From positions 6,157,824-6,221,823 of the forward strand of contig MU054391.1 in NCBI GenBank assembly GCA_013239625.1: 64,000 nucleotides of DNA. Reading direction: 5' to 3'. Shown piece after piece: positions 51,370-61,400 of this stretch. This DNA comes from Lama guanicoe. Lineage: Eukaryota. The stretch's first letter is position 1, and every line of letters starts with the position of its first letter. The notes under the pieces were generated by a model. That model worked only from the letters and a program-made list of their open reading frames with translations. It searched no databases and was not told the DNA's origin. Both the position numbers and the translations under genes were made by a program.

Positions 51370-54300
51370 CTGTAAGAGACAGAAGCGGCATATTCAGAAA
51401 CCCTGAGTCACCCCTGACTGGGCAGTTTCACACAAGAAGAGCTTATTCATGAGCCTATTTGCATCCTTGGTTACTATGTCATCAGGAAGCAATTTGATGT
51501 ATTTCTAAAGCAGGTATTTCTTCAGAACCAGCTTTCCACCAGTAAGGAAACCACACGTTAATACACTAATTAAAACGTTCTATTTACACAGAAATATCCC
51601 AATCGTCTTTTCCGAATTAACTATGCCTTAAAAACGTGGAAAGAACACAAGTAACTATCATTACAGGGATTTTCCTTCCACTGCATTTTCCAAAATTTCT
51701 AGAGCGTATGTTCTTAATATGGGGAGAAACGCAACAAAAAAACTTGTAGTTGGTATTTAATCCTAAGCAAAGCAAATTCTCATTCACCTAGACAAAAGCA
51801 GGCATAAATCCTGGAAGGTTAATTACAATTCTCATCAGAACCATAAACACGCACTGCTGGCACTAACCATGTTGGCCCTGACATCACATAGTAGATGGTC
51901 GGCCTCTGGAACCCGTTGAAAGTGGAAGCAGCAGCGACAGTGTAAGCACCCATGTTCTCAAAGAGCATCCAGTCGCCCACATGCATCTCGGGCAAGTTAC
52001 AGTGCTCAACATCGCAATCCAGGCCATCGCATGTTGCCCCCCTACTTGACGACGAGTAAACCCATGTTCTCAAAGAGCATCCAGTCGCCCACATGCATCT
52101 CGGGCAAGTTACAGCGCTCAACAATGCGATCCAGGCCATCGCAGGTTGGCCCCCAGATGCTGGACGAGTAATACTTCTCATCTGGTTTGGGCCTCTATGA
52201 TTGAGAGAGAGAAACACCCCTGGTCACACGGGTCCTGACCAATCATCTTAACTGCTGAATACAGCGTGTTCAGAAGGTACCTTCTGCAGAAGGGGCTTCA
52301 CATGTGCGTGATCGTAAAGGATGCAGTTGAACGATCCATATACTCCGTCGTTTACGTAATACATGAACGTCTGTTCACTCGACTCGTCTTCATCTACAAA
52401 GGCAGATGAGACCCAGTTACCACTTTCTGTACCAATTTTCAGTTACACACGCCAACGATTCACCACCCCTTCTACGTACCATCAGAGCCTGTCTGCTCCT
52501 TTAATACGAGCTTTTTGGCAATAATATTAACTGCGAGCGTGAAAGCTGATGCAACATAGTATCTTCCTGGCTCAGCTATGATTCTCACTCCGGAGTCTGA
52601 TGGAAAATACTTGTCCAGCGCTGGGTTGATTACACTGGTGATCTATCAGAGTGAGACAGAGAAGAGCACGTGGTCATCAAGGGGAAAACACCTGGAGCAC
52701 AGCGCTTTGCTGTGACAACAGAACACTGAGAGCAGCCGTCAGCGGAGGCTTATCTTCAAACAGACATCCTGAAAACCAGCCTGCACATCCTTGTGGTTTC
52801 ACTTTGACTTCCCCTCCAGACACCCTCTGTACCTTCTTTAAGTTGTTATGGGTATGATTTTATTAAAGAATGGTCCAAATTTCTTACCATTTCAAGGTGC
52901 CAAAATACTTTAACCTAGCAAATACATGCCAACAAGATAAAACTTTGTATTCTACCTGCCTCATATAATCTTGACAAATAAGAATGTGGATCTGTTTTAT
53001 AAATGAGTGGCATATAATGGCTTAACTGCTTAAATGACTAAACACTTTAAATGTTTTAAGGAAGGACAAATTCTAGCAAAGAACATCCCGAGAAATGATG
53101 TACTAAAAGTTGGCATGTTCTTTCTCTACAGCGACAGCTCTCAGTGTAATCAATTTTCCCAAGACTTTTGGGGGAAACTGGCTCATCTAAGTTTAGAAAA
53201 CCAAAGGATATTAAATATACTTTTAAATAGCATGGAAGTCACCTCAAAATAGCACATCAAGACATTTATTTTCATGGTTGTATAGTCTTTTTGGGGATTA
53301 GTTAAAACACTTTAGTTTTGAAATAGTCCAAAAAGGAACTTGCTAAGAGCTAAAGATTATAGCTTTGTTATAAATTACCTCTTCAAATTTAAGCTTTACA
53401 TCCTCAGATCCAGGAAAGCCACCGCCAATATCAAGCAGATACATGTTGAAACCAACCTCGGCCTAGAGTCAAGAAAACTAAGTCAATCAAGGAGCCAGAT
53501 TCATAACAAGTTATGAAAAATGAAGCCCATAATTAGGTTAAACCTCTGTAACATGAGATGACTTCTACAAAAGGTTAAGCAGGACTAGTTATTGTCACTT
53601 CTATCCCTCTCCTTGCACTTGGGGTCTACACATACTCACCCCCATGTCAAAGACACAGCGGGCATCAGAGATGGCCTGCACGAAGGTCTCAGGATCAGTA
53701 CAGCCACTCCCCACGTGGAAGCTGGGGCGAAAAGAAAGAAAATGTATTATTTCTACTTCTAGAAATAACTATTCACAGTGGGAGAAAACCTGTTAAACTT
53801 GCATTGTCTAATCTTAACCTCTATCTGTGCCGTCACCAAGGTCTCACCTGACACCGATGACATCAATGTCTAGCTCCTTTGCCCTTTCCAGAAGAAGCCT
53901 GCTGGTTTTCAGTGTAGCACCAAATTTGACACTGAGGCGACAGACTGCTTTGGAATCATCAGTGGCGATCCGTAAAACCAACCTAGAAGAAGGAAAAGTG
54001 TATCAAATTTCTCATGACAGAAGACCACTTACAGCCAGGGTTGAAATAGAGAATCCTTAGCTCTGCCACCCTATGGTTTGTGTTTAACATGGTTTTATGA
54101 ATCAAGAGAGTTAAACTTTTTTCTACTGTCTCTGAGCAGCACAGAGATGACTGAAGTATGGAAATTTGACTCTGTTTGCCATTACACAGATCCCATATCT
54201 GACCCTGCCCTCACATGGAGAAATAACTCACTTGGCCTTTGGATGTGCCCTGGCAACTTTCATCAACTCGACTTCACTATCAAAAGTCATCATCTGGACT

Positions 54301-55117
54301 CCATTATTGGCAGCGTACTTAATCTGAGACACTTGTTTACAAGGGTTTGCATAAATAATCTTCTCTGGAGGCACCCCGAGACTCTGCACCAACTGTATTT
54401 CAGTCTGAAAAAAGAAGAGGTGTTACACTACATGCAGCTGATAAATGGAAGAAACAGAGAAACATAGGAAGTGGTCACACTCCCCACTTGTTCACGAGCA
54501 TCTACTGCCCCTGCAGCACAACCAGGGCCGTCCTACACAGTCACCAGAGATCTGCGGCTCTTGCTCACCTTGCTGGCACAGTCAAATCCTGTCCCAATGG
54601 CAGCTAGAGTCTTCACTATGGTTCTGCTATCATTGCATTTAACTGCGTAAAAGGGGGTGACCCGAGGAAGAGCTTTTAACCATCTCAGATGTTTCTTTAG
54701 AATGTCTCCCAGGTCCGCAACATAGAAGGCATCCTTATCATCCTGCAGCAAGAGTGGTTACAGGAAACCCATCAGCAGCCTAACAACACGTCCGCCATGC
54801 AGCCTTCCCTTCTCTCGCCCATCGTTCCCAATGAAGCCCACTCTAGTCAGTCACTGACGTGCACATCACTATTGTCACTGGATGATCTACAGCCAGTTAA
54901 ATTCTAAATTCCCTAACAAGACACCTGCGTTTCTGTAAGGCCCCACTGAAGTTTCCCACTCATTGGCTTAACATTCTCAAAGCTGCACTGCCAGCATGGA
55001 CTTAAATATACTTACAGAAGAAGAAACTTCATTAATTTTTTGGTCCAGAATGTCCTTGGCAGTAAAGCCTTCATCCAGGAAATGGCAGTCGAACTCTTCA
55101 TTACTAAAGCTGTTCAT
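51225..55117 (-). CDS. ODC1: Ornithine decarboxylase 1, spliced CDS over exons 3-12 (461 aa once the 112-bp duplication is removed)
   Basis: Exons of 102,174,173,135,82,84,163,113,(327=215+112),145 nt, all with GT-AG boundaries; 1386 nt without the duplication. PLP Lys69 motif [14 protein letters not shown] loop, catalytic WGPTCDG (Cys360), C-terminal degron with Cys441. Confidence 0.97.
51868..52194 (-). CDS. ODC1: ODC1 exon 11 ([20 protein letters not shown]...[32 protein letters not shown]) carrying an internal 112-bp tandem duplication
   Basis: tcatag|agg ... atg|gttagt; 327 nt versus the 215 nt needed to keep the frame. Confidence 0.92.
51948..52171. repeat. 112-bp direct duplication (51948-52059 / 52060-52171)
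   Basis: First ~55 bp identical; 13 mismatches, concentrated toward the right end of the left copy. Confidence 0.96.
52281..52393 (-). CDS. ODC1: ODC1 exon 10 ([38 protein letters not shown])
   Basis: ttgtag|atg ... aag|gtacct; 113 nt. Confidence 0.96.
52480..52642 (-). CDS. ODC1: ODC1 exon 9 ([30 protein letters not shown]...EQTGSD)
   Basis: tgatag|atc ... atg|gtacgt; AEPGR motif; 163 nt. Confidence 0.96.
53379..53462 (-). CDS. ODC1: ODC1 exon 8 ([28 protein letters not shown])
   Basis: ctctag|gcc ... gag|gtaatt; glycine loop binding the PLP phosphate. Confidence 0.96.
53640..53721 (-). CDS. ODC1: ODC1 exon 7 ([27 protein letters not shown])
   Basis: ccccag|ctt ... ggg|gtgagt; 82 nt. Confidence 0.96.
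53848..53982 (-). CDS. ODC1: ODC1 exon 6 ([22 protein letters not shown]...DVIGV-S)
   Basis: ttctag|gtt ... cag|gtgaga; 135 nt. Confidence 0.96.
54232..54404 (-). CDS. ODC1: ODC1 exon 5 ([24 protein letters not shown]...HPKA-K)
   Basis: tttcag|act ... caa|gtgagt; 173 nt. Confidence 0.96.
54569..54742 (-). CDS. ODC1: ODC1 exon 4 ([10 protein letters not shown]...PFYAVKCN...FDCASK)
   Basis: ctgcag|gat ... aag|gtgagc; contains Lys69. Confidence 0.97.
55016..55117 (-). CDS. ODC1: ODC1 exon 3 coding part ([34 protein letters not shown]); exon starts at 55134
   Basis: gaaaccATG at 55117; donor tct|gtaagt. Confidence 0.97.
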
Positions 55118-55240
55118 GGTTTCTTGATGTCGTTCTGAAACACAACAAACTGCAAATAGGAAGGACAAATTTACTCAGAAGTCTTAGCAACACTTACTAA
55201 TTCTTAACAAGATAAATCTGTAACAATCATGAATACTCAC

Positions 55241-55357
55241 AAGGAAAACTAAGAGAAGGAATTTAAAGAAATTATTCCTGCTTTTCACAAAGGCAATTCA
55301 GGAATCCCAAGTCCCACCGAAGATGCGCGTGCCCTGGATGAAGTGGTGGAAAACGTT
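55241..55357 (-). other. ODC1: ODC1 non-coding exon 2 (5'UTR)
   Basis: Donor ctt|gtgagt at 55240; acceptor tttatcag|aacg, with alternative AGs upstream; pyrimidine-rich 3' half resembling human exon 2. Confidence 0.8.
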
Positions 55358-56290
55358 CTGATAAACACGGAATCTGCTGTCCACCTTAGGAACACATTAA
55401 AAGGGAAGATCAGGTACTGACTGCAAATGTGTAAGCAGCAGGGCTACTCAAGCACCCCCCAGATAGCTCACTCACTGGGTTTGGGAATCCCATTATTCCT
55501 AGGTTTGAGTCACACGATTTCATAAACCTTTATGGAATGAGGACACCACAGATTCAATACTAGATTTTTTCACACTAAATTTTCACATATAATACTGTCC
55601 ACCTCAAAAAAACTTCAAATGTTCCTGCTAAAAAATGGGGAATGTAGGTTTCAGGAGCTTTTCTGCACTTAGTTCACTAATGCGAAAAAAAGGTTTCGTG
55701 ATAGCTTACTTTATTTCAGAGCTATTTTCCTTTAGAAGCTTAAAATAGCATTATAGCAATTACTGAAAGTTGCTGTATAAATATCATGCTATTTCCTCCT
55801 TTCACTGAGTCTTACACAGAATAATTTTAACTGACTAATAGGCGTCATGTCATCACTCTCGACTTACCGGGTGCTCTTAAGTTTCCTGACAATTTTATGA
55901 GCCAATTTTCACACTAGGCATGTGTCTGTTTAAAACTGCACTCTTCAAATCAACACATTACAGTTGCTGTATCAGACAGATCAGAAATCAATTTTCTTAA
56001 AGCAGTGTTGCCTATCAAATTAGCAACTCTGGGGATCCCAACTGTCCTTACATGCACTCTAACACTTGCTTAGCTACGAATGAGAATCACCTGGGAATTA
56101 TTTTTGGCTAACTTGCTGAATAACAAAAATAAGCAGGCAGTAATAAATTACAAATAAACAAAAATGAAGCTCATTTAACAATCATAGCCACTGTCCTTGG
56201 TCTTTATGAAACGTGACATTGGAAATGATAGTTACCTTAAAATCACTAATTTTAAATCTATTTAACTTCTGCCTGCTGGGGCCTCTTTTC

Positions 56291-56424
56291 CACTGTGCAA
56301 CCCGCTTCAGTGCCTGCAGCCTATGGGCAGAGGCCAGGCAATGGTTCGGGGCCACAGTTTCCTCTGGCATGGGACACTGTGAAAGGCCCAGGGGGACGGG
56401 CCTGCCATAAATCCAAACCCATGC
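56291..56424 (-). ncRNA. SNORA80B: H/ACA box snoRNA SNORA80 family, in ODC1 intron 1
   Basis: GCATGGGTTTGGATTTATG... two-hairpin layout, H box AGAGGA (56365-56360), ACA (56296-56294) 3 nt from the end; same host intron as human SNORA80B. Confidence 0.9.
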
Positions 56425-57624
56425 ATGGTAGAACTTGTAAGACTTGATCTACTGTGACTTTCTAGTATTGTCAAGTTCCTACGTTGCCCAAATCACCCGT
56501 AGGGGAAGGGAAAGACTAAATGCCAGCAAACCCATTTTGTCTGTAACAGTCAAATAGGCTCACCAGTGACAGACTGGGTTATCCTGGATCTTGTTACACA
56601 TTTTTAAGGCAATATTTAGATTTAGGAAGTTTTTATTTCTCTGAAATACACTACTATTAAATATTTTGCTGTCCTGTGCCTTTCAAAGCTTTATTTTAAT
56701 AACTTGCGATGTGGAGCTTTATTTTAATAATTTGAATTTCACCCAAGAACAGTTTTTGGTGTTCTGCATAGCTAAATGATTTAAAACAATGACTCAATTA
56801 GCACAAAATAGCACTTTTCTGCTATGAAATCCTTTACTGCCAATTGGGTAACGTTAGAAAAGACAGGTACTAACTCAGACAGCAACTGAAAATTGTACAA
56901 AGTCAACTAAATTACACCTAGTTTTAGGTCTGACCCAAGTGAACACATTCTTTGTCCTCCCCAGACATTTCTAAGAGGTTCTGCTCCCCACACTTTCCCC
57001 CAATATTTAGCATTTTCATACACAGCTGGCCTCTTTTGAAAACCCTGGGGCTGGCTTCTATGTCTAAGTCTGTTTGCCTGAACTGGGATCTTAATAACCG
57101 AGGCTTTTCTTAAATCACTAAGTCATTCCAAGATTCCTTAAACAATTATAAGCCATGGCCGGCTGAGCAGTATCAGTTACTACAAGGTTATCTCAGCTCT
57201 AGCTACTCCAGTGGGTTTCTATACTGAGTCATTCCTTCTGTACACAGAACAAACTAAAAAAAAAGCTTAAAAAAAAAGAAAGAAAGAAAAGGAGGACATT
57301 ATTCCAGGGCATCACGGCAGAATGGCACGTCTCTTCCTTATGAAAGTGAGCATGAGCGACGAGCGCCCGGAGACCTGCGCCGGCTCGCCTGGTACCTCTC
57401 CTGCACCTGCTACCGGGCTGCCACATGGGTTTAAGAAAAATAGCGGTTGAAAGAACGACCGAGACTTCAACAGCTTCCGGCTGAGAAACCCTCATTGACA
57501 TGGTTCGGGAGAGGCGAACCCCGGGCCGTTCCAGCCCAGGCCGCCCTAAGCCTTGCGTGCAAGGGGCTGGGGGTCGCGGCCCCGCTACACTGGGGTCACC
57601 AGGGCCGGGGACACAGCAGCTTAC

Positions 57625-57917
57625 CAAGGTCTGGGGCCACATGTCCTCGCAGCTCCAGGCGCGGGATCTGCCCCGGCCTCCGGCCCGAGCGCAGGGACAC
57701 GTGGCCGTCCCCATCTCGGGCGCCGCGGGCCGACCCCATTAAGACAAAACGCCGCCGCCAAGCGCGTAGGGCCGCCGGCCGCCCCGCCGCTGTCCCCGCC
57801 GCCCCCGTCAGCCGCCCGCCGGGCCGCCCGCCGCCTCGCTCCCTCCCGCGGAGGACCGCCGGCCCGAGGTGGCGCCGGAGCGCTGGCACAGGGGCGGCGG
57901 AGGCTGAGAGGACTGAC
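57625..57917 (-). other. ODC1: ODC1 non-coding exon 1 (GC-rich 5'UTR); 3' boundary predicted
   Basis: Starts GTCAGTCC 33 nt below the TATA box, like the human TSS. First strong donor is TTG|GTAAGC at 57624. Confidence 0.65.
57638..57703. promoter_or_regulatory. Downstream E-box pair: CACGTG (57698-57703) and variant CATGTG (57643-57638)
   Basis: Flanks CACGTGTC and GGAC(A)TGTGGCC correspond to the two Myc-responsive intron-1 E-boxes of ODC1. Confidence 0.75.
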
Positions 57918-57944
57918 AAAGCCCTACGCGCCGTTGCTCCGCTA

Positions 57945-58098
57945 CTTATAGCGCCGCGCGTGTCGTCATGGAGACGCACCAGCTCAAACCAGCCGCGATC
58001 GGTTCCGTCCGGGCGTCCTCCCAGGGAGAGGGCGGAGCGCGACCGCCGCCAACCCGGGGCCGGGCGGAGGGGCGTGGGGAGCGGGCGGTTCGACGTCA
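57945..58098 (-). promoter_or_regulatory. ODC1 core promoter: TATAAG (57950-57945), CRE-like TGACGACA (57968-57961), LSF-type CTGG-N6-CTGG (57992-57979), CCGAT (58002-57998), GC box (58030-58035), second CRE-like TGACGTCG (58098-58091)
   Basis: Motifs read directly; order matches the established mammalian ODC promoter. Confidence 0.85.
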
Positions 58099-58408
58099 GC
58101 GCATCCGAGCGCCACCCTGCCGGCCGGCCCGCCACGCCCCGCTCCGCCCGCCCGCCCCTCCCGGCCCAGCCGCAGGCCCGCGCACGCGCATACGCCGCGG
58201 GTCCCGGGCTCCACCGGCGCGCCCTCCGGCGCCAGCGCCTGGCCCTCTGCCTGGGGACGAGAGCCGCCGCCGCCGCCGCAGAATTGCAAAACCTGCCTCG
58301 GACCGCAGCTGAATTTCAGCATCTGCGCCATGCAAAACTGTTCTTCCACTTGGCATTAAATGCCTCGTGCCCTCTGGCGGAGAAAGGAAATCGCGGGCGT
58401 GAGCGGGC

Positions 58409-58414
58409 CACGTG
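58409..58414. promoter_or_regulatory. Upstream Myc/Max/USF E-box CCACGTGG (~-490)
   Basis: Palindromic CACGTG at roughly the position of the upstream E-box of human ODC1. Confidence 0.7.
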
Positions 58415-61400
58415 GACCCCACCTGGCGGACTCTGGCCCCTGCTGCCCGGCATCTCCATTCCTGTGGGAGGGACCTGGAAGTGATTCTGGCGCAGCACCA
58501 CTCCACCAAGAAGGGAGCAAAGACGCAGAAGGGAGAAAGGTCACTTGGCAAGTTAGCGGCACTGCTTCGGGCTGCTCCCAAGCTACTGCGCCTATAAACC
58601 GTGGCTAACATCCAGGTGCCTTCCACCTAGATAGCAGACAGCAAAGGATACGCAAAGATACATGTTACGCTTATTAAGCCAGAGGCTCGTCTAAGGGCAT
58701 TTGGGGAAGAGGTAAGAAGTAACAGATCCACAAACCACAAAGCGCCTTACTGTATCGGATGGCGCTTACCAATGACTTCTTTAAGGGCAGCTGGAATTGA
58801 AACCCTTTGAGGGTTTCCCAGCAAACCAACAGCGTCTACGCAGTGGATACATATGATAAAAGCTGTGTCAGAAATTGGGAGTCCAAGAGTGCAGCTGAGG
58901 CTCCGATGGACAATGGCCTCTCAGGTGCAGTCCATCCCCCACCGCAGGGAGGGACTGCAGAGATTTGGAACACATTTTCCCCTTGCATTATTACCATTCC
59001 TGCCCTTGTAGACCAAATCCAATTATGTCCCAACCTAGAGTGAGACTGACCTTAGCGCTGCCGGTCGGAGGAAGAACGTGAAACTAGCCGCAGCCACACA
59101 GGTCAGTGCAGGAGACCCTGGAGGAGCTCAGTACTTACTGTAGCCTAACCTGGCCCCAACTTACTGTGTGATCTTGGGCCTCCGAAGAGGCTGGACTAGA
59201 TGACCCAAAGATCTTGACAGAAACCTCCTTTTGTACTGATCCCCAGGCCTGGGGCATAGTCAGTGAGTACTTGTTTGAGGAATGCAGGAGTGAATGAAGG
59301 ATCTGAGTCTCCCTGGAGCATGCATGGTTTCCACAGAATCAAGGAAAGGGAAAACACCAAAGAGAAGTGAATCTTCGTACATGAGAGGATATGACAAGCA
59401 GAGGTACCTTTTCTCTTAGGCATCCTGATCAACTTTATTTTTATGTAGCCCTTGAGTAACCACTGGGTATCAGGTACCACTTAGGGAGAGGGGTGTTATC
59501 CCCACCCTAGCAAGTTTAATTCCTAGGAGGGAATGAAATTAACAATGAAGTGAAATGAACAATCCCATCAGAGAACATTACAGCCCCAGGCACTAAATGG
59601 GACAGCTTTGATTCCATGGTGAACACTCTGGTATTTGTCCCTGCTCTGTGAAGAAACATTTTGTTCCAGGGACACAGAGGTTTCCTCAAACTCCGGAAGT
59701 CTCCTGGGTCCAGTGCTGAGGCCAAGAGGGGAGTATTGTCTGCACCGCCCAGCTTTGCATGGCGCGTCAATCAGCCAGTCCTTGGGTGGTGAACACTGTC
59801 CCTACTCTTCGGCCTCCACCCAGCAGAGGGGACCGGATGTCTCAGCATGGGAGATCCTAGTAGGAACCTTGTGGGGAGGGAAGGAGAGCCTGCCCCTGTC
59901 CTGCCAGCAGCTTGTCGTCCCGTGACCTTGACCATCTCCTTGTCCCTCTGTGAACTTCTCTTTCTCCAGCCATCAAGGGAAGTCTTGGGGCCTGATCTAG
60001 GATCCCCTTGCACTGAGTTCTGTGAATTGTATTTTAGAATTAAAAGTATTAGCTAGACCGAACCTACGAGTTCTTGATTCTGGAAGCCAGGTGGTCTGTC
60101 CCTCTGCTACTCACGTGTACCACTCACACCCTGGTCACCCCCACACACTGCCTTCCCTGCTAGCCCACCCCAGATATGCAAACTGCCCACAGGCCGCACT
60201 TCCCTCTGGGGAGGCCCGGCCCGGCCCAGATGACCCATCCGACCCAGATGAGGAAAGAGAAGCAAGGGAAGGAGGCGGTGCTGCTTCCTCGAGGGCAGGC
60301 CCTGCTGACTGCAGGCAAACTCTTGGAGTTTTGGCCTTGGGTCTGGGAGTTAACAGACCTGAGTCATTCAACTCAGTTATTAATCTGGATTCAAAGAAGG
60401 TAAACCAATGATGACTAAACTTGGCCTTGTTCAAATGCTTGTCATTAATATCTTTCTGCATATTTTCAATAGACTTTATCTTCTCCCTTCCTATTTTTTT
60501 TTTTCCCTTAGAGAAAAGCAGCAGATCCTTGCAAACCATGTGATACCTGGATGTTACCCTTATGTGCAGATAAGGTTTATGTGTTTGGTGCAGAAGCAGT
60601 AACTTAGGGAAGTGAGCAAAAACATCAAAAACCACCTTGGATGTGCCAATGAGATCTGCGCCCCTAGTCATCCCACCGAAATTCTGGAACCAACTCCAGT
60701 TTTTTTAGTGACTCTCAGCACCTAGCTCATTATGAGGCCCTGAACATCACTTCTGCTCTCTGGGTCTCAAGCTTTTTCTGTAAAATGCTCTCTGGCTGGA
60801 TTGGACTGGATAAAACCCAGGCTTTTGGACTCTGATGTTCTGAGGATCCCTGACTTCTTTTACAAGGAGTTCTGTGTGAATCTGCTGACTACATTCTCTG
60901 ACCTGACACTGAGGACACATCAGGGGAAGGTTTTTCTTCTTTATTAACTTATTTACACGAAAGAGCTTATAAAGGTATATGGTAATTACAAATTTAAAAA
61001 GTCACTTTTACTGAAAAAGCGTAACACAAAAGACAATGGTCAGCAAGAATGTATGTATCCAGGTACTCAATACTGGAGTAGTTGACATTGAGAACTTTCT
61101 GGGAAATGAGTTTGTGTTCTGTCCACGTGTCAGTGATCATATTCCACACCAAACTTCCTCCCAGAAGCGTAGTAAGAGTTGGCGCTGGAGTGAGGCTTAT
61201 GACATCCAGCCACATGAGGACTTTGGGAAGTTAGGAGCTGTCCTGCAAGGGGGCCATAACTCAGGGTAATGGGAAGCAGTCCCAGGCCACTGCTAGTCGC
61301 ACGTGGATGTTTGACCAAAAATAGTGTTCAGAAACTCAGTCACTAACATTCCAGCCTTGCCATTGAATTGTTTTAGGTGTTTCCAAAAATCCAACCCACC

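Larger units (their letters stand above)
57340..58450. promoter_or_regulatory. CpG island over the ODC1 promoter/exon 1
   Basis: Very high GC and CpG density, many GGGCGG boxes, GCC repeats. Confidence 0.92.

Noticed and set aside
51819-52217. 132-aa ORF as a separate ODC paralog or pseudogene
   Set aside because: It is a chimera of out-of-frame exon 11 and the duplicated copy rejoining the true frame.
57596-57625. Unspliced uORF ending ...CPRPW* as an AZIN1-like PPW polyamine-sensing uORF
   Set aside because: The motif is PRPW, not PPW, and lies beyond the predicted donor (intronic); no similarity to the AZIN1 upstream conserved coding region that I can see.
57447-58484. 345-aa + strand ORF and other long ORFs over the ODC1 promoter
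   Set aside because: Arg/Pro/Ala/Gly low-complexity products of stop-poor CpG-island DNA; no recognisable domain.
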